From Actinomycetota bacterium (lineage in GTDB: Bacteria > Actinomycetota > AC-67): 60,225 nucleotides of DNA. Below are positions 19,342-28,692 of this stretch, piece by piece. The position numbers were made by a program, and so were the translations under genes. The DNA lies in contig JBIOTQ010000046.1 of the NCBI GenBank assembly GCA_044866075.1, positions 1-60,225 of the forward strand, read 5' to 3'. The notes under the pieces are model-generated. The model searched no databases. It worked only from the letters and a program-made list of their open reading frames with translations, and was not told where the DNA came from. Within the stretch, counting starts at the first letter, position 1; every line of letters starts with the position of its first letter.

Positions 19342-20589
19342 CTACTGATTCCGTAGGAGGAAGTCTCGCCCAACGACGATCGTTATGTCCACGATCGATT
19401 GCTGCGTGCGGCCCTTGACGATCTCGCCGATGCCGAGACGCTTGCGGATCCGTTGCGCGACGGCGAGGTCGGCGTCCCGATAGAAGACGATGCGCGTTTT
19501 GCCGTAGTCGAACCGCTGCGCGTTGCCGGTGAGTGTGATGCGGTACCCCTCGGGCACGAGGATGCCGGCGACCTGCACGCCGATCTCCGGTTCGCCGTTT
19601 CCGTTCAGGATCTGCACGCGCGTACCGCGACCCGGAGCGTCGGGCGGGCGGGAGCCGGCCAGCATCCCGTTCACGAGCGTCTCGAGGTCGGCGTCGCGCA
19701 CGCGGTATGCGTCCTCGTCCCCGCCCGAGCCGATCGCGTCGACCGGCAGTGTCCGATACGTGCGCGCGTCGGCCCCGGCCGCCGCGAACGCGGAGAAGAA
19801 CACGCCGACGTCGCCCGGCGGCGCGTCTGTCACCAAGGCACCGCCGAAGCTCGCGATGATCCGCTCGAGATCGATCGCCTTCTTTCCGGGGAAGCGCCCG
19901 TATAGCGCCTCCCATAACTGTTGCGACCGGCCGAACCGCGCCAGCTCGTCCTCGTCGGGTCCCACGTATCCGAGGAACCTCACCGCTTTCTTGCCGTCGA
20001 AACGTTGCCGCCCCGGCTGGAAGACGGGGACGAGACGGTCCGCACCTTGCGGAGCGAGAAGGCTCTTGCGGACGTTCACCTCGACGCCGCCGCTCTGATC
20101 GACGATCTTCGACGCGAGTGATTCGGGAACCATGAGCGTGTGATCGATCTGGATGCCGAGCATGTTCTCGACGGTGATCTCCTGCAGCGGAACGCGCCCG
20201 AGCGACATCGCCTTGCCGACGGAGTCGTAGCCGTAGCCCGGGATCTCGGTCAGCGTCGCGGCCGGGATGAAGACCGTGAGCGGCTCGCGGCCCCCGCGAT
20301 CGATCGCCATGAGCGTCAGCCAGTCCGCTTGCCCAGACGCATCCCCGGCTCGCGTGCCCACGAGGAGGTACGTCACCTGATCGCCCTCGGCCGCATCCCC
20401 GAGCGTGAGCGGGGCTGCGGCCGGTTCGTCGCCGCCGAGCTGTGACAGGACGACGACGAGGATGACGATGAGCGGCACCGCCACCGCGGCGATCCCGGCG
20501 ATCCGCCGGCGCATGCTGCGGCGCCGGCGGCGGTCGCGCCGGGCTCCCGGCTCCGCGCGTTGAGGAAGGATCTCGAGGTCGCTGCTCAT
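19342..20589 (-). CDS. LytR-CpsA-Psr (LCP) family cell-wall glycopolymer transferase with LytR_C domain
   Basis: N-terminal TM anchor, LCP core (TYLLVGTR...DWLTLMAID...FIPAATL), and a C-terminal VQILNGNG...VVGRDF module. Confidence 0.85.
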   Translation of the reverse strand: MSSDLEILPQRAEPGARRDRRRRRSMRRRIAGIAAVAVPLIVILVVVLSQLGGDEPAAAPLTLGDAAEGDQVTYLLVGTRAGDASGQADWLTLMAIDRGGREPLTVFIPAATLTEIPGYGYDSVGKAMSLGRVPLQEITVENMLGIQIDHTLMVPESLASKIVDQSGGVEVNVRKSLLAPQGADRLVPVFQPGRQRFDGKKAVRFLGYVGPDEDELARFGRSQQLWEALYGRFPGKKAIDLERIIASFGGALVTDAPPGDVGVFFSAFAAAGADARTYRTLPVDAIGSGGDEDAYRVRDADLETLVNGMLAGSRPPDAPGRGTRVQILNGNGEPEIGVQVAGILVPEGYRITLTGNAQRFDYGKTRIVFYRDADLAVAQRIRKRLGIGEIVKGRTQQSIVDITIVVGRDFLLRNQ

Positions 20590-21194
20590 TCGGCGTAGAG
20601 GTTGTTCTTCTCGATGTAGCGCGCCACGCCCTCGGGAAGCAGGTACCGGACGGGGCGGCCGTCGCGGACGCGGCGCCGGACGTCGGTCGACGAGATCGCA
20701 AGCGCGGGGATCTCGAGGATGTGCACGCGATCCTCGAGCTCTTCGGGGAGCTCTTTCTCGAGCCGGTCGAGGTCGTACCCGGGGCGCGTCGCGGCGATGA
20801 AGCGCGCCACGGTGAGGACTTCTTCAGGGTCTTTCCACGTCAGGATTTGTAAAATAGCGTCGGCACCGGTGATGAAGTAGAGGTCGACGTCGCCGAGCTC
20901 GCCGTGCAGCCGGCGGAGGGTGTCGATCGTGTACGTGGGGCCGGGCCGGTCGATCTCCATCCGCGATACGCGGAAGTGCGGGTTGGAGGCCGTCGCGATC
21001 ACGGTCATCAGGTACCGATCCTCGGCGGGCGCCACGTCCCTGTCCTTCTGCCAGGGCTGCCCGGCCGGGACGAACACGACCTCGCGCAAGGCGAACGCGT
21101 AGAGCGCCTCCTCGGCGGTGACGAGGTGACCGATGTGGATCGGATTGAACGTGCCGCCCATGATCCCGACGGCCGGGCGTTGGGTGCGCGCCAT
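20586..21194 (-). CDS. nadD: Nicotinate-nucleotide adenylyltransferase
   Basis: [15 protein letters not shown] (HxGH motif) and ISSTDVRRR. 4-nt overlap with the LCP gene. Confidence 0.92.
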   Translation of the reverse strand: MARTQRPAVGIMGGTFNPIHIGHLVTAEEALYAFALREVVFVPAGQPWQKDRDVAPAEDRYLMTVIATASNPHFRVSRMEIDRPGPTYTIDTLRRLHGELGDVDLYFITGADAILQILTWKDPEEVLTVARFIAATRPGYDLDRLEKELPEELEDRVHILEIPALAISSTDVRRRVRDGRPVRYLLPEGVARYIEKNNLYAE

Positions 21195-21307
21195 GTGAGG
21201 AAAAGTCTAACAACGGGCGCGCGTCAACAATGGGAAGCCGCGGGGAAGGTCGCTGACCACGCGATCGGGCCAACCCGGGTGGGTGGGCGGCCGATCGGGT
21301 CGGGAAG

Positions 21308-21499
21308 CTAGCCTACTGAGCGGCCCAAACGGGGGCCGGTGATCGGTGCGCGCCGACGGGCGGGCTGGATCTCCTCGGGACCGTTGCCGCGATCGACCCA
21401 CGTGGCGCGGCATGAAAGACACAAACAGATCTCGACCGCATCCTCCGACCGGGTGGCAAGGATGTCGACGTCTGTACAGACGGGACATGTCAGGGTCAT
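21308..21499 (-). CDS. Small Cys-rich (zinc-ribbon-like) hypothetical protein
   Basis: MTLTCPVCTDV...ICLCLSCRATW carries CxxC plus a CxCxxC-like cluster. ATG at 21499 is preceded by GGGGAAAGGGGAA. Weak call. Confidence 0.35.
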   Translation of the reverse strand: MTLTCPVCTDVDILATRSEDAVEICLCLSCRATWVDRGNGPEEIQPARRRAPITGPRLGRSVG

Positions 21500-21791
21500 C
21501 CGGTTCCCCTTTCCCCGCAGCCGGTCGATTCTACGATGCGACCCGTATTCCCCCAAGGGTGCAAGCGGAAACTTCAAACGGCTTTTCGAGGGAACCTGTT
21601 CGGCACCCGAGCGTCAATGACCTTCCTGGAAGATCTGACGCGCGGCGCGCGGCACGGGTTCCCTCCGGATCGTTCGGGGATCCTCAGCAGCTCGCTCTGT
21701 TCGGAAACGAGCAATCAGCGTCGAACCGCCGTTCAGTTTCTCCGACGTCGCGCCGCAGAGTGGCGATCCGCTTCCCCGAGCGCCGGGTGAT

Positions 21792-22241
21792 CTACGCAAC
21801 GACGACGACGCCGGCCATAAGCGGGCCGTGGATCCGGCACGAGTACTCGAAGCGTCCTGGAGTGTTGAAGACGTGCGGGAAGGTCTGCCCCGGCTGCATG
21901 CACTGCGACAGGCCGGTGCTTCTATTGCATTGCGGACTCGAGTCGAACGAGCCGTCCTTGGCCGTCACGCTGTGGGCGGCGGTTCCTTGATGGGTCCAGA
22001 CGACGGTGCCGCCGGTCCTCACGGTGACCTCCCCCGGACGGTACTCGTTGTCGACGATCGAAACCTGCTGCTGCGACTGCGGGACGGGCGAGAAACTGGA
22101 CGCGGACGGACTCGCGGTCGTCACGGTCACCGTTGGGGCCGGACTGGACGGTGCCGCCGCGGGTCCCTTGCCGCCGCCGCACGCCGCGAGCATGAGCGCG
22201 CCGGCCGCCCGCATCGCGATGAGGCCGGCGCGCGTTCTCAC
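21792..22241 (-). CDS. Cupredoxin (plastocyanin/amicyanin-like) lipoprotein
   Basis: Lipobox LAAC. Type-1 Cu ligand pattern (AAHSVTA, then YSCRIHGPLMAG). Confidence 0.8.
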   Translation of the reverse strand: MRTRAGLIAMRAAGALMLAACGGGKGPAAAPSSPAPTVTVTTASPSASSFSPVPQSQQQVSIVDNEYRPGEVTVRTGGTVVWTHQGTAAHSVTAKDGSFDSSPQCNRSTGLSQCMQPGQTFPHVFNTPGRFEYSCRIHGPLMAGVVVVA

Positions 22242-22678
22242 GACGAGGTCGGTGAGGGCGATCCGCCGCCCGATGAAGCCTCGACCTTGATCGTGCCGAC
22301 CATGCCGGTGGTCTTGTCCGTCGAGTGCAGCCGGCAGTAGTACGGGAACTCTCCGGCCTTCTTGAACGTGAACTTGAATTCCTCGTTGGCATCGATCGTA
22401 TTGGCCGCGCCGGAATCGAAGAGCTTCTCGTCAACCGCCGTGACTGTGTGTGGGAGGCCCCCAACCTTGTTTATCCACGTGACCGTCGTACCGACGGGGA
22501 CGGTACACTCCTTCGGATCGAAAGTGAGGTTGACCATGTCGACCTCACCCGAGCACGTCTTCCCCGGGGGCGCGGTGGTCGGGCCCGCCGGGAGCCCCGT
22601 GGCCTTGCCGCTCGCACAAGCCGCCAGAGTGAGTGCGAGCGCGGCGACGGCAGCGAGCGTGTGGATCGAACGGCGCAT
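22238..22678 (-). CDS. Cupredoxin (plastocyanin/amicyanin-like) lipoprotein, tandem paralogue
   Basis: Lipobox LAAC. Cu ligands (LPHTVTA, then YYCRLHSTDKTTGMVG). 4-nt overlap with the downstream paralogue. Confidence 0.8.
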   Translation of the reverse strand: MRRSIHTLAAVAALALTLAACASGKATGLPAGPTTAPPGKTCSGEVDMVNLTFDPKECTVPVGTTVTWINKVGGLPHTVTAVDEKLFDSGAANTIDANEEFKFTFKKAGEFPYYCRLHSTDKTTGMVGTIKVEASSGGGSPSPTSS

Positions 22679-22824
22679 CCGCTCTCCTTTCGGGACCGTT
22701 CACGGCCGGCGCTTCGGCTCGTCCGGCCGCTGAGCCGCCGGAATATTACGTGAACGGAACATATCGATGCTTGTGCGCTTGCCCAGCGGCCGGAAGCGAA
22801 CGGAGCCCCTGGTAGCCTGGCCTC

Positions 22825-24168
22825 ATGGACCCCGAAACGCTGCGTCACGCCGTCGACGAATCGGCCGAGATGCTGTCGCTCATCACGGGCGAGACCCCGG
22901 AGGGTGAGGCGCGCGACCTCGTGGCCAAGCGCACGGTCGAGGACTACGACACGCACTACACGCCGGGTCTCGTGCGCTACCGGAAGTCCGTCACCGAGGC
23001 CGGCGACTTCGCCGCGATCGAATGGACGGGTGAGGGGTCGACGGTCCGCGACCTTCACGGGCGCGAGTGGATCGACTGCCTCGGCGGCTACGGCATCTAC
23101 AACCTCGGCATCCGTCCCGAAGAGGTGCTCGGCGCCGTTCGCGCGCAGCTCGCGCGGAACCCTCTGCCCACCCAGGAGCTGCTCGATCCGGTGCGCGCGA
23201 TGCTGTGCCGGCTGCTGGCGCGCATCGCCCCCGGCGACATCTCGAACGTCTTCGTGTGCAACTCGGGAACGGAGGCGATCGAAGGCGCGATGAAGGTCGC
23301 GCGCGTCGCGACCGGGAAGCCCGGGTTCGTGTGCGCCGAGGCCGCGTTCCACGGCAAGACGCTCGGCTCGCTGTCGCTGATGGGCAAGCCGCTCTTCCGC
23401 GAGCCGGTCGAGCCGCTCCTCGGTCCCGTGCACCGAGTGCCGTTCGGCGACGCCGAGGCCGTCGCGGCGGTCCTCGAGTACCACGCGGACGACATCGCGG
23501 CCGTCGTCATGGAGCCGATCCAAGGCGAGGCCGGCGCGGTCGTTCCTCCCGACGAGTACTGGCCGCGACTGCGCGAGCTGTGCGATGCCTACAACGTTCT
23601 CTTGGTCGCCGACGAGGTGCAGACGGGGCTCGGGCGCACGGGGAAGCTGTGGGCCGTCGATCACTGGAACGTCGTGCCCGACATCCTCGCCGTCGCCAAG
23701 TCTCTCGGCGGCGGCGTGATGCCGGTGGGCGCGTTCATGGGCCGTCCACACATCTGGAAAGCGCTCGACCCGAACCCGTTCCTGCACACCTCGACCTTCG
23801 GCGGGAACCCGCTGGCGTCCGCCGCCGCGATCGCGTCGATCCACGTGACGCTCCGCGAGGAGCTGTGGGAGACGGCTGCGACGAAGGGAGCGCGGTTCTC
23901 CGACGGACTCACCGCGTTGCAGGCGCGTCATCCGTCGCTCCTCACCGGCGTGCGAGGGAAGGGCTTGCTGATCGGGCTCGTCTTCCCCGATCACGAGACG
24001 GGCTACCGCGTGGCGGCCGGGTTGTTCCGGCGCGGCGTCCTGGTCGCCGGGACGCAGATCGCGGCGACGACGATCCGGATCGAGCCGGCGCTCGACATCG
24101 CGGACGATCTGATCGACGCCGTCTTGGAGCGGCTGGGCGAAACCCTGGACGAGATCGCGGCAGCCTAG
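22825..24168 (+). CDS. Class III PLP-dependent aminotransferase (putrescine/acetylornithine aminotransferase-like)
   Basis: NSGTEAIEGAMK, VMEPIQGEAG, ADEVQTGLGRTG and the lysine context AVAKSLGGG. Confidence 0.85.
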   Translation: MDPETLRHAVDESAEMLSLITGETPEGEARDLVAKRTVEDYDTHYTPGLVRYRKSVTEAGDFAAIEWTGEGSTVRDLHGREWIDCLGGYGIYNLGIRPEEVLGAVRAQLARNPLPTQELLDPVRAMLCRLLARIAPGDISNVFVCNSGTEAIEGAMKVARVATGKPGFVCAEAAFHGKTLGSLSLMGKPLFREPVEPLLGPVHRVPFGDAEAVAAVLEYHADDIAAVVMEPIQGEAGAVVPPDEYWPRLRELCDAYNVLLVADEVQTGLGRTGKLWAVDHWNVVPDILAVAKSLGGGVMPVGAFMGRPHIWKALDPNPFLHTSTFGGNPLASAAAIASIHVTLREELWETAATKGARFSDGLTALQARHPSLLTGVRGKGLLIGLVFPDHETGYRVAAGLFRRGVLVAGTQIAATTIRIEPALDIADDLIDAVLERLGETLDEIAAA

Positions 24169-24175
24169 GCCGCCG

Positions 24176-26122
24176 TTAGTTCCAGCGGATCGACGCGACC
24201 GTCACGGCGCCCGTCACACCTTTCAGTGCGACCTGCCGTTCCTCGCCCACGGTAGCCGGATCGGACAGGCATTCGATCGTGGAGGAACTGGCCAGGATCT
24301 CTCCACCCTCGGCCAGCGCTCCGATGCGGGCGGCCTCGTGCACGCCCTTCCCGTGATAGTTCCCGCCGACCTCGGCCGCCTCGGTCGCGTGCAGTCCGAT
24401 GCGCACCTGGGGGGCGAACCCATGCGCCCGCCGATGCTCCGCGAGCGACCGTTGGATCGCGATCGCGCACTCCGCCGCTTGATCGGTGGTGGAGAATGCC
24501 ACAAAGAAGCCGTCACCCGTGTGGACGACCTCCTCGCCCCGATGTGCGCGGAACTTGGCGCGCAGGGTTTCGTCGTGCCACTTCAGGAGATCGGTCCACG
24601 CCTCGTCGCCGATGGCCTCGACGAGGTTCGTCGAGCGAACGATGTCTGAGAAGAGGAACGTTTTCGCGACGCGCTTTCCCGAGGGCTCGGGGGCATCCGC
24701 GACACTCGCAAGCCGGGCACGCGCGACATCGGCGTCGAGGACCGCACCGAACTTGTCGAACGTCGCGAGCGCCGTGCCGTACTCGAACGATGCGGCCTCG
24801 CGATCGCCTTCGGCCAGGTACACATCCCCGAGAGTTATCCCGACGCGGGCGGCTTCATAGAGGACGTCGGCTTCCTTCCAGAGGCGCCGCGCGTCCTTCG
24901 CGTCGATCTCGGCGCCGGGGATGTCCTCGTCGTGGAGCTTCAGCAAGGCCCTCGAGCCGGCGGCGGTCGCGCGCATCGCAGGACCGGCGAAAGCTCCGGC
25001 GATCTGGTCGAGTTCATCGACCGCCGCGGCGGCTGTTTGGCGGTCGCTCGACTGGAGCGCGACCTCGACGACGTACGGGAGCAGCCGCGCGCGATCCAGC
25101 GGGTCCCCGCCGTCGGCGAGCGCACGCTTTAGCGCGCTCGCTGCCGCCTGGACCTTTCCGCGCTGCATCTGCACCAGCGCAAGACCGGGCTGGGGCGACG
25201 CGCCGAGCTCGTTGGCCTGGCGGAACGCATCCTCCGCGCCGTCCAGATCCCCGGTCCGCAGGCGGATCTCGCCGAGCTCCTTGAACGCGTACGCCGCGAT
25301 GTTGATGTTGAAGGAGCCGAGTTCCTCCGTCGCCATGCGCGCCTCGGCCTCCGCATCCGAGAGCGCGCCACGGAGGCGCATGATCTCCGCGCGATGGACG
25401 CGGCATACGCCGGGGAAACCGTTGATGGACTGCCGTTCGCACCAGCGCTTCGCCGCTTCCGTCCATTGGCCCGCACGCTGCCAGTCCGCGATCGCGGACG
25501 TCGTCCCGATCACGATGCAGTAGATCCAGCCGGTGGCGTACGGGCCGAGCTCCCCCGACACGGCGGGAACCGTCGCCTCCTCGAGCAGTGCGATCCCGCG
25601 ATCGACCTCGCCGCTTCGAACGAGCGCCGTGCCTTCCCCCGCCAGGCCGAACGCGACGAGGTCCTTGTCCGCGAAACGTTCGCCGATGCGCCGCGCGTCT
25701 TTGGCCGCCCGGACGACACCCTCGATGTCGCCGGACATCGCGCACAGCATCTCGTTCATCAGCGCGAGGTAGCCGTGCTCGACGCACTCCTCTTCACCGG
25801 ACAGAAGCTTCGTTGCCGTCTGCATCCACGCGGCCGCAAGTGCGGATTCGGCGAGGTCCGTGTGATGGTCGGCGAGCTTGAGCGCCGCGTAGGCCGCGCG
25901 TCGCGTGTTGCCTTCGGCCGTGTACGCCGCGTACGCGCGTTCGCGCGCGGCGATGCAGTCGCGCATCTTGCCCATCCACCAGGCAGACTCGGCCAGAAGC
26001 ATGAGATCGCCTGCGCCCAGCGGCTCGTCGGTGTCGGCGCGGCCGAACAGCGCGAGGGCGTCGCTCCAGGCGTGCCGCTCGGCTGCCCGGCGCCCGTCGA
26101 GCAGGGTGGTTGGGGGCGTCAT
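24176..26122 (-). CDS. TPR-like helical repeat protein with C-terminal class III nucleotidyl cyclase domain
   Basis: Start ATG at 26122 (MTPPTTLLDG). Cyclase motifs TFLFSDIVRST, HTGDGFFVAF and GKGVHEAARIG, with His where Asn is usual. Confidence 0.82.
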   Translation of the reverse strand: MTPPTTLLDGRRAAERHAWSDALALFGRADTDEPLGAGDLMLLAESAWWMGKMRDCIAARERAYAAYTAEGNTRRAAYAALKLADHHTDLAESALAAAWMQTATKLLSGEEECVEHGYLALMNEMLCAMSGDIEGVVRAAKDARRIGERFADKDLVAFGLAGEGTALVRSGEVDRGIALLEEATVPAVSGELGPYATGWIYCIVIGTTSAIADWQRAGQWTEAAKRWCERQSINGFPGVCRVHRAEIMRLRGALSDAEAEARMATEELGSFNINIAAYAFKELGEIRLRTGDLDGAEDAFRQANELGASPQPGLALVQMQRGKVQAAASALKRALADGGDPLDRARLLPYVVEVALQSSDRQTAAAAVDELDQIAGAFAGPAMRATAAGSRALLKLHDEDIPGAEIDAKDARRLWKEADVLYEAARVGITLGDVYLAEGDREAASFEYGTALATFDKFGAVLDADVARARLASVADAPEPSGKRVAKTFLFSDIVRSTNLVEAIGDEAWTDLLKWHDETLRAKFRAHRGEEVVHTGDGFFVAFSTTDQAAECAIAIQRSLAEHRRAHGFAPQVRIGLHATEAAEVGGNYHGKGVHEAARIGALAEGGEILASSSTIECLSDPATVGEERQVALKGVTGAVTVASIRWN

Positions 26123-26178
26123 GGGACCATCAATTGTGACACATGCACCTGGGATCGGTGCGGGGTCAACGTGAGAGT

Positions 26179-26586
26179 CTACGGGGTGTTCGCTTCTATG
26201 TGTTTCGCGGTGTCCGTGTAGTGCCGGAGCCGCGTGATCCTGCCTTCGTCGTTGAACGCCCAGAGGTGGAGCTCGTCGTCTGAAAAGCGCTTCCCCGTCG
26301 CACCCACGGTGAATTCGACGTGGATGGAAGCGGCGATCTCGTTTCCACCCTCGAGAAGGTTGCGAAGCTCCAGGCTGTGCATCTCGATGCCGCTGAGGCT
26401 GTCGAGCCACTCGGCGACCCCATCCTTCCCGCGCCGCGGGAGCATGTAGACGATGCCTGCCTTCTGGGAGCTGTTGTCTTCCCAGGCCTCCCAGGCGACA
26501 TCGTCCGCGATGGCGTCGAAGATCGGGCTAGGGTCGCCCCGGCCGAAAGACTCGTAAATCCCCCGGACGGTCTCGGCGTTGCTCAT
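26179..26586 (-). CDS. SnoaL/NTF2-like (ketosteroid-isomerase-like) protein
   Basis: MSNAETVRGIYESFGRGD... is a typical SnoaL_2-type N-terminus. 135 aa. Confidence 0.65.
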   Translation of the reverse strand: MSNAETVRGIYESFGRGDPSPIFDAIADDVAWEAWEDNSSQKAGIVYMLPRRGKDGVAEWLDSLSGIEMHSLELRNLLEGGNEIAASIHVEFTVGATGKRFSDDELHLWAFNDEGRITRLRHYTDTAKHIEANTP

Positions 26587-26602
26587 GACTCATCCCCGTT
26601 CG

Positions 26603-27250
26603 TTACTCGGTTCTTTTCGGTTCGCGCGAGTACCGGTCGACTCTCTCCTTGCCCGTCAGCGAAGCGATCGCGTCCATGACCTCGTCGGTGAAGCGACGGT
26701 AGGCCTCGTAGGGGTCCTCGCCGGTGCCCATCTTGAAGTAGAGAGCCGGGCCGATGCGGACCTCGCACTTCAGCGGACGGGCCATGATCTTGCCTTTCGG
26801 CAGTGCCTCGCGCGTGTTCATCACGCCGATCGGGATCACCGGCGCGGCGGTCATCTCGGCGATACGCGCGACGCCGGTGTAGCCCTTGTACACGCGACCG
26901 TCCGGGCTGCGCGTCCCCTCCGGATAGATGCCGAACTGCTTGCCCGATCGCACGCAGGCGGCCGCGTGCTCGAGAGCTTCGTGCTCGGGCGCGTCCCGGT
27001 TCACCGGGATGACCCCGACCGACTTGAAGAACCACGCTTGCTTCGGAGTGATGACGTACTCGACCTTCGCGAGCCAGTAGATCGGTCTCCGCAACACGCC
27101 GCCGACGACCACGGGGTCGAGTCCGGACTGATGGTTCGAGGCCAGAATCACTCCCCCGCGCTTGGGAAGATTCTCACGGCCCGTGACCCGGACCCGCCAG
27201 TACAGGCGGATCGGTCCGGTGAGGATGAGCCACCACAGGCGATAGAACAA
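26603..27250 (-). CDS. plsC: 1-acyl-sn-glycerol-3-phosphate acyltransferase
   Basis: Acyltransferase motifs NHQSGLD (HX4D) and IYPEGTRS. Confidence 0.85.
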   Translation of the reverse strand: MFYRLWWLILTGPIRLYWRVRVTGRENLPKRGGVILASNHQSGLDPVVVGGVLRRPIYWLAKVEYVITPKQAWFFKSVGVIPVNRDAPEHEALEHAAACVRSGKQFGIYPEGTRSPDGRVYKGYTGVARIAEMTAAPVIPIGVMNTREALPKGKIMARPLKCEVRIGPALYFKMGTGEDPYEAYRRFTDEVMDAIASLTGKERVDRYSREPKRTE

Positions 27251-27330
27251 GTCGAGCCTCCGAGCTGTGTTCGTCCCAGCGCGTCGGCTGGATTATCTAC
27301 CAGATGGTAGAGAAAGTCACGGCGCGCCGG

Positions 27331-28683
27331 TCAGACGACGCGGGAGATGAACTCTTCGAGCTGGCGGAGGTTGCGCACCTCGATCATCCCGTCGGCGTGG
27401 TGTGCGTACTCCGACGCGATCGAGTCGCCGGTATCCCAGTAGCGGATCGGCTCGGGGTTCAGCCAGAAGACGCGGCGCGCCTTCTGCTTGAGGGCCTTGA
27501 TGACCCACGCCTGGGAGGAGCGGTAGTTGTTCCTCGCGTCGCCCAGCACGAGGACGGAGGCGCGCGGGCCGACGCTCTCGCCGTAGTTCTGCCAGAAGCG
27601 CTCGAGGGAAGTGCCGTAGTCGGAGTGGCCGTCGAGCCAGACGACGTTCGCCTCCGCCTGCATGCGGTCGACGGCCTCGACGAAGTCTTCGGAGTCGAAG
27701 AAGTGCGTCACTTCGTCGAGCGTGTCGACGAACACGAAGGACCGCACGCGGGAGAACTGCGACTGGAAAGCGTGCACGAACATCAGCGTGAAACGCGCGA
27801 ACGCCGAGACCGAACCGGAGATGTCGCACAGGAGGAAGAGCTCCGGCTTGTGGATCGTGCGATGCCGGTATCGCGTGTCGAAGGGCACGCCGCCGGTCGA
27901 GAGGGAATGACGCACCGTCTTGCGGACGTCGAGGCGCCCGCGCCGCGCGTGCTTGCGCCGCATCGCGAGACGGGTCGCGAGCTTTCGCGCCAGCGGCCGG
28001 ATCGCGCGCCGCAGCTGCGCGATCTCGTCGCGGGTCGCGCGTACGAACTCGAGGTCCTCGGGCAGGGGCCGTACGGCGTGGCGGGCGACGGCCTCGGGGC
28101 CGCGGTGTTCGGCCAGGCGACGGCGGACCTCGGCGTCGACCTCGGCGCGGAACGCGCGCACGCGCTCCTCGAACTCGTCCTTCCAGAGCTGCCGTTCCAG
28201 AGCGGTGAGGTCGTCGCGACCCGAGAGCTCCTCCATCAGGCGGCGCATCATCAGGTCGAGGTCGACGACGCGGAAGACGCGGTACTGGAAGTACGGGCTG
28301 CCGCCTTGGGGCATCTCCACGCGGCCGAACGCGGCGACGGCGCGCCGGGCCATGTCGCGCAACCCGGACGCGTCGCCCGACAGGAGCGCGCGGTAGAGAT
28401 CCTCGAGGTAGTCCTCGGGGGTCTGCTCGCCCTCTTCCGCGTCGCGCGCGTCGGTCGCCTCGGGCGTGGGTGCGGCGCCGAAGTAGAGGTCGAAGAGCGT
28501 GTCGAAGGCCGGGCGGTGCGCGTCGCTCTTCACCATCGTGGTCGCCAGCGCGGCGCGGAACGCGTCGCGATCGTCGAACGGGACGTGGCCCAGCGCGCGC
28601 AGCGCGTCGATGTTCTCGCTCGCCGCGACCGGCACGCCGGCCTTCCGGAGGGCGTGCGTGAAGTCCAGGAGCCGGGTGAGCAC
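27331..28683 (-). CDS. VWA domain protein, CoxE-like (MoxR partner)
   Basis: Typical N-terminus LLDFTHALRKAGVPV. MIDAS motif LLCDISGSV in the C-terminal VWA domain. Confidence 0.85.
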   Translation of the reverse strand: MLTRLLDFTHALRKAGVPVAASENIDALRALGHVPFDDRDAFRAALATTMVKSDAHRPAFDTLFDLYFGAAPTPEATDARDAEEGEQTPEDYLEDLYRALLSGDASGLRDMARRAVAAFGRVEMPQGGSPYFQYRVFRVVDLDLMMRRLMEELSGRDDLTALERQLWKDEFEERVRAFRAEVDAEVRRRLAEHRGPEAVARHAVRPLPEDLEFVRATRDEIAQLRRAIRPLARKLATRLAMRRKHARRGRLDVRKTVRHSLSTGGVPFDTRYRHRTIHKPELFLLCDISGSVSAFARFTLMFVHAFQSQFSRVRSFVFVDTLDEVTHFFDSEDFVEAVDRMQAEANVVWLDGHSDYGTSLERFWQNYGESVGPRASVLVLGDARNNYRSSQAWVIKALKQKARRVFWLNPEPIRYWDTGDSIASEYAHHADGMIEVRNLRQLEEFISRVV

Positions 28684-28692
28684 AAGCTCACT

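Noticed and set aside
21536-21790. 84-aa plus-strand ORF (and a 61-aa minus-strand ORF) in the 215-nt spacer
   Set aside because: There is no RBS at a suitable distance, third-position GC is mixed, and no similarity is recognisable. I treat the spacer as possible structured RNA or regulatory DNA instead.
22471-23994. 507-aa minus-strand ORF
   Set aside because: It is antisense to the class III aminotransferase gene. Its composition is low-complexity Arg/Asp/Gly.
26123-26410. N-terminal extension of the TPR-cyclase ORF, and similar extensions of the znuC, rodA, mrdA, mreB, tig, obg and MoxR ORFs
   Set aside because: Internal starts give canonical N-termini and usually 1-4-nt stop/start overlaps with the upstream gene. 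The extensions overlap neighbouring genes.
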